DNA from: an uncultured Methanosarcinales archaeon
Lineage (GTDB): Archaea; Nanobdellota; Nanobdellia; Woesearchaeales; CAZXZL01
NCBI GenBank assembly: GCA_964645415.1
Contig: CAZXZL010000004.1
Location: 1-40,088, forward strand
Length of the DNA stretch: 40,088 bases
Reading direction: 5' to 3'
Made by a program: the position numbers and the translations under genes. The notes under the pieces are model-generated. The model was not told the DNA's origin. It made no database searches and worked only from the letters and a program-made list of their open reading frames with translations. Positions 10,475 to 19,166 of this stretch are shown here, in pieces; positions within the stretch are counted from its first letter, which is position 1, and each line of letters begins with the position of its first letter.

Positions 10475-10885
10475 CTACTTTTTATTTGTCATTCTTCTGA
10501 TATCTTTGTTTATCTCATCAAATGATTCTTTTAATTGATTATAACTTTCTTCAAGTTTCTCTTTCTCTTTTTTACTCATTTCTCTTAAATCTTTTAATGT
10601 ATCTTTTAATCCATCCCTATCTTTTTCTATAAATACATTTGATCCGACATTAACAATAAAACTCTTAATATCTTTTAATTTTGTTTTTATGAAAATTCCT
10701 TCACCAAATTGACTTAATACTTCACTTCCTTCTAAGTCTTCATCTAAATTACTCATACTATCTTTTAAGTATTTTAATCTTGATACTTCTTTTTCTCTAC
10801 TTTCAATTTCTCTCCCAATCTTTTCTAGTTGACTTTTAAGGTTATTTTGTTTTTTCATTAATTGCTTTATTAATTTCTCTTCCAT
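10475..10885 (-). CDS. pfdA: Prefoldin alpha subunit
   Basis: Coiled coils flanking EVLSQFGEGIFIK...FIVNVGSNVFIEK beta-hairpins; follows aIF6. Confidence 0.88.
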   Translation of the reverse strand: MEEKLIKQLMKKQNNLKSQLEKIGREIESREKEVSRLKYLKDSMSNLDEDLEGSEVLSQFGEGIFIKTKLKDIKSFIVNVGSNVFIEKDRDGLKDTLKDLREMSKKEKEKLEESYNQLKESFDEINKDIRRMTNKK

Positions 10886-10887
10886 TT

Positions 10888-11565
10888 TTAATCATATTTT
10901 GTAAATCCAAGTCCGCTTTCAATTTCCATTATCTCATAACCTGAGCTTTTTGGACCAACAACTAGTCCTTTATTATTAACTAAAACACCAGAATTAATAT
11001 ATCCTCCACCAAAATTAATTGTTCCAATTTTAATTTCTGTTTCAAGAAACTTTTCAATTGCCTCAATATCATTTCCTTCTAAATGAGGTGATGCCATTAT
11101 TCCATTATCGTTTCTAACAAACATTTGTCCAATAGCATCAAAACCTTTTATTTTTTTTCTTAAAACTTTCTTTTTAAAGAAATCTTTAATTTGTTTCACT
11201 GCTTTTTCTTCTAAATCATTTCTAACTAAAATTCCACTATCAAAAACAATAACATTATTCCTTAAAGCATTATAATTAGAATCAATTTTTTTTACTTTAA
11301 ATCCAATTTCTTTTAATTTTTCTATTTCTTCAGGGTATGTTTCTTTTGGAACAATTATTTTATCTTTATAACCACTTATCATTACACCAATCAAAGGAAT
11401 TCCCGTTATATTAATTTCATGACATTCTGTACCAAGTGCTTTTTCAATTCTTTCTTTATTTTTTTCATAACCATAGCCACTACCAATAAGTGTTTTATTA
11501 TCAGTAGTATATGAAAATAATCCAACATTTTGATTCCCATTAAAGTCAATTTTTATAGTTCCCAT
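10888..11565 (-). CDS. eif6: Translation initiation factor aIF6 (ribosome anti-association factor)
   Basis: FNGNQNVGLF, NALRNNVI, GTINFGGGYINSGVLVNNKGLVVG..SGYE. Confidence 0.92.
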   Translation of the reverse strand: MGTIKIDFNGNQNVGLFSYTTDNKTLIGSGYGYEKNKERIEKALGTECHEINITGIPLIGVMISGYKDKIIVPKETYPEEIEKLKEIGFKVKKIDSNYNALRNNVIVFDSGILVRNDLEEKAVKQIKDFFKKKVLRKKIKGFDAIGQMFVRNDNGIMASPHLEGNDIEAIEKFLETEIKIGTINFGGGYINSGVLVNNKGLVVGPKSSGYEIMEIESGLGFTKYD

Positions 11566-11567
11566 AT

Positions 11568-12098
11568 TTATCTCTCGAATAGAATTTTTTTCTTACCAAA
11601 TAGATTCATATCTTCCATTTGTTCATACTGTCTCTGATTAAGTAAAGTATATTTTATTAAAAAATTTTCCCTTTCACTTACTTCATTAACTACTTTTCTG
11701 ATTTCGATCTCATCAAGTTTATCTTTTACCAATATTATTAAATCAACACTTTTCTTTGTTGGTTCATTATTCATAATTACTTTTTTAACTGACTCTATTT
11801 TTGATATCTTGTTAATAAATACTTTAATTGGTTTATTTTCTTTTTCAATAAATGTTTTTAAAAAATTTGTTAATTCATTGTCTTTGTTAGAATATATCTT
11901 AAACTTTCCAATTTTTTTTGTTTTAATTATATTTAATCCTTCCAATTTATTTAATATCCTATGTGTACTTGCATTACTTACATTCGTTTCTTTTGATATT
12001 TTTGAAAGATTCATCTCATCATTAGAATAAAGGATATACTCAAGTATGTTCAAAATTTTTTCATCAAATAATTCTAAAAGTAACTTCTTTTTATCCAT
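11568..12098 (-). CDS. Winged-HTH protein with C-terminal degenerate nucleotidyltransferase-like domain
   Basis: LSKISKETNVSNASTHRILNKLEGLNII..KIGKFKIY wHTH; C-terminal KKVIM...SVDLIILV resembles a minimal NTase fold. Confidence 0.75.
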   Translation of the reverse strand: MDKKKLLLELFDEKILNILEYILYSNDEMNLSKISKETNVSNASTHRILNKLEGLNIIKTKKIGKFKIYSNKDNELTNFLKTFIEKENKPIKVFINKISKIESVKKVIMNNEPTKKSVDLIILVKDKLDEIEIRKVVNEVSERENFLIKYTLLNQRQYEQMEDMNLFGKKKILFER

Positions 12099-12131
12099 AT
12101 TACTTTATTTTTTTACTCTTATTTATATTTT

Positions 12132-12200
12132 TTCAATATTGTAACATCTTTCTATTTATGGAAAAACTATTCAATTATGAAAATATTTTTCAAATTTGAA
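12132..12200. promoter_or_regulatory. Four imperfect 12-bp palindromes (TTCAAWWWTGAA) at 19-bp period; putative operator
   Basis: TTCAATATTGTA (12132), TCTATTTATGGA (12151), TTCAATTATGAA (12170), TTCAAATTTGAA (12189). Confidence 0.5.
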
Positions 12201-12562
12201 TTACAATATATTATGATCATAAAAAAGAACTAATAAGTAATTATAATAAGATTTTAGTTGTTTTTAGTTTTTTATTAAATATATATTTTGATTATATGTT
12301 TAAGATATATTGAATCGAAAATAGTAATATTTATAAATTAGTTCTTGCATATATTATATAAACTTTATTTAGTAATCGAGTGATTTTTTGAGTATTTGAG
12401 TTGGGGTTGAGTTAAGTTATATTTATAGTAACTATAATTAATATCATAGAAATATGATTAAAGAATATAGTAATTTAATTTATGGTTAAATAGTAATATA
12501 ATTTAATAGTGAATTGTAAGTTTGTTTAAAATAATTTTTTTAAAAAAAAAGGTGTTGTCTAA

Positions 12563-13636
12563 ATGGATTATGTGATAGATAAAGCAATGGAAACAGAAGA
12601 AAAATTGGGGGCAGAAAAAAAAATGGATGTCGCCCAGGCAAATATTAAAGTTATCGGTGCTGGTGGTGCTGGTAATAATATGGTCTCTTGGCTATATGAG
12701 AAAGAAGTTGATGGATCTGAAATTATTGCAGTTAATACTGATTATCAACAACTAAATAGCACACATGCTGATAAGAAATTTCTAATTGGAAAAGAAGTTA
12801 CAAAAGGATTAGGTTGTGGTGGTTATCCTGAAAAAGGAAAAGAATCTGCAAAAGAAAGTTCTACTGAAATTAAGAAATCTTTAGAAGGATCTGATTTAAC
12901 CTTTGTTTGTGCTGGAATGGGTGGAGGAACTGGAACAGGTGCTGCACCAGTTATCGCTCAAGAAGCTAGAAAGAAAGGTTCAATCGTTATTGGAGTAGTA
13001 ACAATGCCTTTTAAAATTGAAAGGGCAAGAATTGATAAAGCAGAATTTGGTTTAAAAAGTCTTAAAAAAGTATGTGATACTGTAATTGTAATTGATAATA
13101 ATAGATTAGTAAATATTGCTGGTAATCTTCCTGTAAAACAAGCATTTGCAGTAGCTAATGAATTAATTGCTACAATGATCAAAGGAATTGTTGAAACAAT
13201 TTCTATTCCAAGTCTTGTAAATCTTGACTTTGCTGACGTAAAAGCTATTATGTCTGAAGGAGGAGTTGCAGCAATTGGTGTTGGTTTTTCTGATACTAAT
13301 AATAAAGTAAAAGAAGCTGTTGATGGTGCCCTAACTAATCCGCTTCTAGATATAAGTTATTCTGGTGCAACTGGAGCAATTATTCAAGTGACAGGTGGTC
13401 CAGATATGACTTTAGATGAAGTTAATAGTACTGGAGAATTAGTCACTAAAGAAATGGATAGTGATGCAAATGTCATCTGGGGTGCTAGAATTGATGATGA
13501 TATGAAAGGAAAAATCACAATAATGACCATTATTACTGGAGTACAATCTCCGTGGATATTAGGTCAAGAAGATGATGAAATGAGAAAAAAAGAGAATAAA
13601 GCAATGAGCAAAGAACTTGGAATTGAAATGTTTTAA
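12563..13636 (+). CDS. ftsZ: Cell division GTPase FtsZ (FtsZ2-like)
   Basis: [10 protein letters not shown], tubulin signature [36 protein letters not shown] resembles the FtsZ2 clade. Confidence 0.97.
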   Translation: MDYVIDKAMETEEKLGAEKKMDVAQANIKVIGAGGAGNNMVSWLYEKEVDGSEIIAVNTDYQQLNSTHADKKFLIGKEVTKGLGCGGYPEKGKESAKESSTEIKKSLEGSDLTFVCAGMGGGTGTGAAPVIAQEARKKGSIVIGVVTMPFKIERARIDKAEFGLKSLKKVCDTVIVIDNNRLVNIAGNLPVKQAFAVANELIATMIKGIVETISIPSLVNLDFADVKAIMSEGGVAAIGVGFSDTNNKVKEAVDGALTNPLLDISYSGATGAIIQVTGGPDMTLDEVNSTGELVTKEMDSDANVIWGARIDDDMKGKITIMTIITGVQSPWILGQEDDEMRKKENKAMSKELGIEMF

Positions 13637-13650
13637 TGAGGTGAATATTT

Positions 13651-14238
13651 ATGAATTTTTTAAAAGGTAAAAAAGCTGATATGGGTATTGGAACTTTAAT
13701 TATTTTTATCGCTATGATTTTAGTCGCAGCGATAGCAGCTGGTGTATTGGTAACAACTGCATCGAGCTTACAAAACAGAGCACTTTTGACTGGATCAAGG
13801 TCTCAAACACAAGTTAGTACTAGAGTTTTACCACTTTCACTTTATGGTGAAGATGGAAGCGATGGTACAATTGAAGAGCTTTATTTTGATGTAAAATTAG
13901 CTCCAGGATCTGATCAAATTCAATTTAATGAAACTTTAATTACAAATAATTTGGATGATGAATCAGAATCAATGTCATATGCTGGTACAACTGAAACTGA
14001 ATGTGATCCAGAAGGTTTATCTGATGGAGAATATGAAGTTGAGTATTTAATTGGTGGAGACAATGAAGGTTATCTAAATAGAGGTGATGTTGCAAGAGTT
14101 TGTTTTAACACACCAAGACCAATCAACGAAGATGAAGAAGTAAATGTTAGATTAGTCTTAAAAGTTGGAAACCCAACTGATTTAGATACAGTAACTCCAC
14201 AAATTATGACAAACGAAAAAGTATTTATGTATCCATAA
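13651..14238 (+). CDS. flaB: Archaellin (archaeal flagellin) family protein
   Basis: Class III signal peptide KKA then the conserved MGIGTLIIFIAMILVAAIAAGVL..TASSLQ..A..TG; KLAPGSD motif. Confidence 0.93.
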   Translation: MNFLKGKKADMGIGTLIIFIAMILVAAIAAGVLVTTASSLQNRALLTGSRSQTQVSTRVLPLSLYGEDGSDGTIEELYFDVKLAPGSDQIQFNETLITNNLDDESESMSYAGTTETECDPEGLSDGEYEVEYLIGGDNEGYLNRGDVARVCFNTPRPINEDEEVNVRLVLKVGNPTDLDTVTPQIMTNEKVFMYP

Positions 14239-14346
14239 ATACTTTGATTTTTTTATTTTTTTTATTTTATTTTCATTTATTCAATAATTCAATATTTCAT
14301 ACTCTTAATGTATTGAACTCCAATACGTTAAACCCCCAAACCCCCT

Positions 14347-14376
14347 GGGCCCCTATTAGGGCCCTTATTTTTTTTT
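14347..14376 (+). terminator. GC hairpin plus T-tract downstream of the ftsZ-archaellin unit
   Basis: GGGCCC-CTATTA-GGGCCC followed by TTATTTTTTTTT. Confidence 0.5.
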
Positions 14377-14426
14377 ATTTCTAAGAATCAAATAATTTAA
14401 ATATTTCTAGTTTTTTTAAAATTTTC

Positions 14427-16625
14427 ATGAAGCTAATAATTGCTGAAAAACCAAGTGCAGCAAAAAAAATTGCAAGTGCTCTTGCAGATGGAAAAGTAAA
14501 TCGAAAGAAGTATTATAAGTCAGTAAATTACTATGAAATTACTCATAATAATGATGATATTTTAATTGCTTCTGCTGTAGGTCATCTTTATACATTAGAT
14601 GAAAATGAAAAATCAAAAAAGTGGAGGTATCCGGTTTTTGATATTTCTTGGAAACCAATTAATCAGGTTAGGAAAAATGTTAATTATGCTAAAAAATATC
14701 TTAAATTTATAAAAAAACAAAAAGGTAAAGTTGATGAAGTTATTGTTGCAACTGATTATGATACTGAAGGAGAAGTAATTGGATTAAATATTATAAAACA
14801 TGCACTAGGTAGGGATGATGCAAGTAGGATGAAGTTTTCTACATTGACAAAATCTGATTTAGTAGATGCATATGAAAATAGAATGAAATCAATTGATTGG
14901 GGACAAGGTCTTGCTGGTGAAACAAGACATTTTCTCGATTGGTATTATGGAATAAATTTATCAAGAGCTTTATCTTTAGCTTATCAAAATACTTCTGATC
15001 GTTGGGGTGTACTTAGTACAGGTCGTGTACAAGGTCCAACTTTAAAATTAATTGTTGATAAAGAGAGAGAAATTAATGATTTTACTCCTGAAAAATATTG
15101 GGAACTTCATTTAAAATCAAAAAACTTTGATGCTAAACATAAAAAGAAGAGATTTAAAGATGAAGATAAAGTAAAAGAAATTTATGATAAAATAAAAAAG
15201 TCTAAAGTTGGAGAAGTAACTAAAGTAAAAAAGAGGAAAAAAACAGTTTATCCTCCTAACCCTTTTAATTTATCTTCTTTACAATCTGCTGCTTATAGGT
15301 TCTTTAAGATTAAACCTCAACAAACTTTAAAATTAGCTCAAAATCTTTATCTTGCAGGGGTTATTTCTTATCCTAGAACTTCGTCTCAAAAATTAGACCC
15401 TAAATTAGGTTATAAAAAAATAATAAAAAAACTTGGAAAAAATAGTGATTATGAACTTTACTCCGATCACTTACTTTCTAAAGATAAAAAACTATCTCCA
15501 AATAATGGTAAAAAGAGTGATCCTGCTCATCCTGCAATTTATCCGACAGGTGAACTTAAAAAACTAAAAAAGAGAGAGAAAAAAATATATGATTTAATTG
15601 TAAAAAGATTCTTTGCAACTTTTGGAGATCCTGCAAAAAGAGAAAATATGAGAATTAATCTTAAAGTACATGATCAAACTTTCGTTGCTACTGGAACACA
15701 TACTATTAAAAGAGGTTGGTTTGAACTTTACAAACCTTACTTAAAATTAAAAGAAAAAGAATTTCCTGAATATACAAAAGGAGATGTTATTAAAGTTAAG
15801 AAAATAGAATTATTAGATAAAGAAACAAAACCTCCTAAACGTTATTCTCCTAGTTCGATTGTAAAAAAGCTTGAGAAAAAAGGTCTTGGAACTAAAGCAA
15901 CCAGATCTCAAATTGTTGAATCTTTATTTGACCGTAATTATGTAACAGGTGATAAAACAATAGAACCGACAAAATTAGCTTTTAAAACAATTGAATCTCT
16001 TGAAAAATATTCTCCAAAAATATTATCTGATGATTTAACTTCTGAATTTGAAAAGAAAATGGAGGATATTCGTGAAAAAGAAGAGGACCCTAAAAAAGTA
16101 TTAAATGAAGCAGAGAAGTTACTAAAAGAAATACTAGAAGATTTTAAAGACAAGGAAAAAGAGATAGGTGAAAATTTAAGTGATGCTGTTACTCAAACAA
16201 AAAAAGATATCAATAATTTTGGAGAGTGTCCAAAATGTTCCTCAGATCTTACAGTAAGAAAAGGAAAGTATGGTAAATTTATTGCTTGTACTAATTATCC
16301 TGATTGTAAATTTACATTTAATTTACCAAATAGAGTTAAAGGAGTAAAAATGTTGAATGATGAATGTGAATATTGTTCAAGTAATCTTTACTTTGGTCGT
16401 GTTGGTAGAAAAGTTGGTAAATTTTGTATTAATCCAGATTGTCCTGATAATAAGAAAAAAAATACTAAATTAGATAAGAAATGTCCAAAATGTGACTCTC
16501 CTCTTATATATCGAAAAACAATTTTTGGGTCATTTCATGGTTGTAGTAATTATCCTAAATGTAAATATATTGATGATGGAAAAGAAGGAAAAAAAGAAGA
16601 CAAAAAGAATAATAAAAACAAATAG
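14427..16625 (+). CDS. topA: Type IA DNA topoisomerase with C-terminal Zn-ribbons
   Basis: LIIAEKPS, ATDYDTEGE, STGRVQGPTL, catalytic ISYPRT, AHPAIYPT, GLGTKATR, three C4 ribbons. Confidence 0.97.
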   Translation: MKLIIAEKPSAAKKIASALADGKVNRKKYYKSVNYYEITHNNDDILIASAVGHLYTLDENEKSKKWRYPVFDISWKPINQVRKNVNYAKKYLKFIKKQKGKVDEVIVATDYDTEGEVIGLNIIKHALGRDDASRMKFSTLTKSDLVDAYENRMKSIDWGQGLAGETRHFLDWYYGINLSRALSLAYQNTSDRWGVLSTGRVQGPTLKLIVDKEREINDFTPEKYWELHLKSKNFDAKHKKKRFKDEDKVKEIYDKIKKSKVGEVTKVKKRKKTVYPPNPFNLSSLQSAAYRFFKIKPQQTLKLAQNLYLAGVISYPRTSSQKLDPKLGYKKIIKKLGKNSDYELYSDHLLSKDKKLSPNNGKKSDPAHPAIYPTGELKKLKKREKKIYDLIVKRFFATFGDPAKRENMRINLKVHDQTFVATGTHTIKRGWFELYKPYLKLKEKEFPEYTKGDVIKVKKIELLDKETKPPKRYSPSSIVKKLEKKGLGTKATRSQIVESLFDRNYVTGDKTIEPTKLAFKTIESLEKYSPKILSDDLTSEFEKKMEDIREKEEDPKKVLNEAEKLLKEILEDFKDKEKEIGENLSDAVTQTKKDINNFGECPKCSSDLTVRKGKYGKFIACTNYPDCKFTFNLPNRVKGVKMLNDECEYCSSNLYFGRVGRKVGKFCINPDCPDNKKKNTKLDKKCPKCDSPLIYRKTIFGSFHGCSNYPKCKYIDDGKEGKKEDKKNNKNK

Positions 16626-16673
16626 TAAGTAATAAAATATTTATACTTGTTATTTTTCTTTTAAATGTTAGTG

Positions 16674-16758
16674 GTGGGGGTGCCGGAGTCGGTCAAACGG
16701 GCTGGGTTTAGGACCCAGTGGTTTAGTGCCTTCGTGGGTTCGAATCCCATCCCCCACA
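16674..16758 (+). tRNA. tRNA-Leu (TAG)
   Basis: Acceptor GTGGGGG/CCCCCAC; anticodon arm CTGGG-TT TAG GA-CCCAG; long variable arm; GGTTCGAATCC. Confidence 0.96.
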
Positions 16759-16860
16759 TTATTCTTTTTAGTTTAATTCTATATTTAATATTCTTTGAAA
16801 CAAATATTTTGTATTTAACTAAAGAAAATAGAAATCTTTATCATCTTCGATAGTTGTTTT

Positions 16861-17149
16861 CGTTTTAGCTAAAGAAATTTTAGGGTAAAATCATCTAAGA
16901 AAAAAAGAAATAGGAGCTTATAAAAACAAAAACAGAAATAAATAGAATACTATAGGAACTACAGTGCTATACGGAGTTATAGTACCATCCTGGTCAATTT
17001 ATTAAACTAAAGTTTAGAACTTGTTAAATTAAAAATTTAAAAGCATATAAAATCAAAGATTACTAAACTAAAGTTTAGAAGTGTGTAATATAAAATTACA
17101 AACTTTTAAGGGTGTTTAATCGTAGATTAAAAACTTTGATAAAGATTGA
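16861..17149 (-). repeat. Dispersed mosaic repeat, copy C (longest form)
   Basis: Carries both the 105-nt block of copy A and the CTTTTAAATTTTTAATTTAA..TTCTAAACTTTAGTTTA module of copy D, then the core. Confidence 0.9.
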
Positions 17150-17191
17150 AATAAAAATAAATAGAAAAAATAAAAAAATAATAAAAGAGAA

Positions 17192-17887
17192 TTATTCAGA
17201 ATCAGAACTTTCTTCTTTTTTTTCTTCTACATCACTATCTTCTTGTTTAGATTTTTTCATGTACTTCTCTATCTCATTCTCTACTTTTTCTACTTTTGAT
17301 TTTCTCAAATTCTCTTTCTTTCTAAACTTAGCAATAATTGCCAATGTAACTGGAAAGATAGGATAAGTTTCTTTTTGTAAACCTTTTGGAATTGATTGAT
17401 TTACAACTTTTTTTACAAAATCATCATAAGTATTTTCTTTACCAAAACTATATAACTCTTCTCTAATTTTTCTTCTAATTGCTTTCTTCTTACTATTTGT
17501 TGCTTTACCCTTTGTTATTAAAATTGGTTTAACTCTTACAAAAGAATCATCTTTTGTTTTAATAATAAAAGAGTCATCAATTTTACTTTTTCTCTTTCTA
17601 ACAAATCTTTTTAATGTATTTGGCATAATTTCATAACCAACCATTTCAGTATTTACTTTACTCGCAGAAGCTTTTCTTACTTTTAGAAATGCATTATAAT
17701 TTTTATTTTTCACATTTCCAGTCATAAACTTAAGATTAACCTTAATTACTCTTCCAATAGTATCTTCTGGAGCATCAGCAGTAATCTCTCCTACATTTTT
17801 TTCATTGAACTCACTTGGAGCCAATACATCAAACCAAGTTTTTTTCTTCCATTTTAATTTTGAGTCATCTGATCTCTTTTTTGCCAT
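17192..17887 (-). CDS. rps3ae: 30S ribosomal protein eS1 (S3Ae) with acidic tail
   Basis: KWKKKTWFDVLAP..GEITAD..IGRVI; RFVRKRKSKIDD..TKD..VRVKP. Confidence 0.93.
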   Translation of the reverse strand: MAKKRSDDSKLKWKKKTWFDVLAPSEFNEKNVGEITADAPEDTIGRVIKVNLKFMTGNVKNKNYNAFLKVRKASASKVNTEMVGYEIMPNTLKRFVRKRKSKIDDSFIIKTKDDSFVRVKPILITKGKATNSKKKAIRRKIREELYSFGKENTYDDFVKKVVNQSIPKGLQKETYPIFPVTLAIIAKFRKKENLRKSKVEKVENEIEKYMKKSKQEDSDVEEKKEESSDSE

Positions 17888-18024
17888 TTTTTGAACACCA
17901 GAATAATTATTAACACATCATGTTCTTGAAAAACAAAGCTATTTATAAAGATTTCTTTTGTATATATAAACAATCACTTAGAAACTTTTATTTTAACAAT
18001 ATTTAATGATTTTTTACAAAAAAA

Positions 18025-18032
18025 TTTATAAA
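18025..18032 (+). promoter_or_regulatory. TATA box of the S10 (rpl3) operon
   Basis: TTTATAAA with an upstream A-run; implies a start near 18052-18056. Confidence 0.55.
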
Positions 18033-18053
18033 GACGTTGTATTTTTCAAAGTT

Positions 18054-18121
18054 GGAGTCAATCCGAAAAGTTTTACATCTAATTTTTTTCTTTAGGTGTA
18101 AGCGATTGAGGGATTGGTCTT
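18054..18121 (+). promoter_or_regulatory. Candidate structured 5' leader of the rpl3 operon
   Basis: Outer stem GTCAATCC/GGATTGGT, inner 11-bp stem TTTACATCTAA/TTAGGTGTAAG, purine-rich internal loop. Confidence 0.5.
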
Positions 18122-18177
18122 ATAGGTAGTTTTATTGTTATTTTAAATATATTTTAATTATTATGTGGTGTTAAATT

Positions 18178-19152
18178 ATGTCGAAAAAAAGTTCGCCGAG
18201 ACATGGAAGTTTGCAATTTTGGCCAAGAAAAAGGGCTAAGAAAGAGGTACCAAGAGTTAGATCTTGGCCAGATAAGAGTGATCAAGGACTACTTGGGTTT
18301 GCAGGTTATAAAGTAGGTATGACTCATGTTCTTGAAATAGATCAAGTTAAAAATAGTCCAACTAAAGGAAAAAGAGTTTCAACTCCTGTGACTATTCTTG
18401 AAGTTCCAAAAATATCTTTAATTGGGGTTCGAGTATATAAAAATAGCTATTCTGGATCTAATGTTTATGATGAAATTTCTAATCCATCAAAAGATATTGC
18501 TGATAGATTGAAAATGTCTTATGGTGATAAAAGTCAAAAAGTGGTGGAATTTTTAAATAACATTTCTGAAAATATTTCTGATTATTCTTTTTTAAGATTA
18601 TTAGTTGCTACAAATCCAAAAAGAGCTGGATTTCCTAAAAAGAAACCAGATGTTTTTGAAATGGCATTAGGTGGAAGTATCGAAGACCAATTAAATTATA
18701 TAAAAGAAAATATTGGAAATGAGATTGATATTAGTGATGTTTTATCTGAAGGTGAATTAGTTGATGCTCATGCAGTAACTAAAGGAAAAGGTTTTGAGGG
18801 GTCTGTTAAAAGATTTGGAATTTCTTTGAAACAACACAAATCTGAAAAAGGAAGAAGAGGACCTGGAAGTATTGGTGATTGGAAAGGAACAACATTTGAT
18901 GTTCCAATGAGTGGTCAAGATGGATATCATCTTAGGACTGATTATAATAAAAGAATTTTAAAAATCTCCGATGATTTAGATGAAATCAATTCTAAAAGTG
19001 GTTTTAATGGTTATGGTCTTGTTAAATCTAAATATCTACTTATAAAAGGTAGTGTTCCTGGACCAAGAAAGAGATTAGTTTTATTAAAACATGCTATTAG
19101 GGCCAATAATAAATCTAAAACAAATCCAAAAGTAATTTCAATTAGTAAATAA
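18178..19152 (+). CDS. rpl3: 50S ribosomal protein uL3
   Basis: PRHGSLQFWPRKRA, GFAGYKVGMTH, VTKGKGFEG, KGSVPGPRKR. Confidence 0.97.
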   Translation: MSKKSSPRHGSLQFWPRKRAKKEVPRVRSWPDKSDQGLLGFAGYKVGMTHVLEIDQVKNSPTKGKRVSTPVTILEVPKISLIGVRVYKNSYSGSNVYDEISNPSKDIADRLKMSYGDKSQKVVEFLNNISENISDYSFLRLLVATNPKRAGFPKKKPDVFEMALGGSIEDQLNYIKENIGNEIDISDVLSEGELVDAHAVTKGKGFEGSVKRFGISLKQHKSEKGRRGPGSIGDWKGTTFDVPMSGQDGYHLRTDYNKRILKISDDLDEINSKSGFNGYGLVKSKYLLIKGSVPGPRKRLVLLKHAIRANNKSKTNPKVISISK

Positions 19153-19166
19153 TTAAGGTGAATATT

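Noticed and set aside
12340..12562. Possible small cdrS-like gene upstream of ftsZ
   Set aside because: Only very short ATG-started frames; a TTGAGT triplet near 12388-12413 is too weak to call.
16665..16853. 62-aa ORF in the track
   Set aside because: Overlaps tRNA-Leu; a translation artefact.
17112..17366. 84-aa plus-strand ORF
   Set aside because: Begins inside repeat copy C and is antisense to rps3ae; no credible product.
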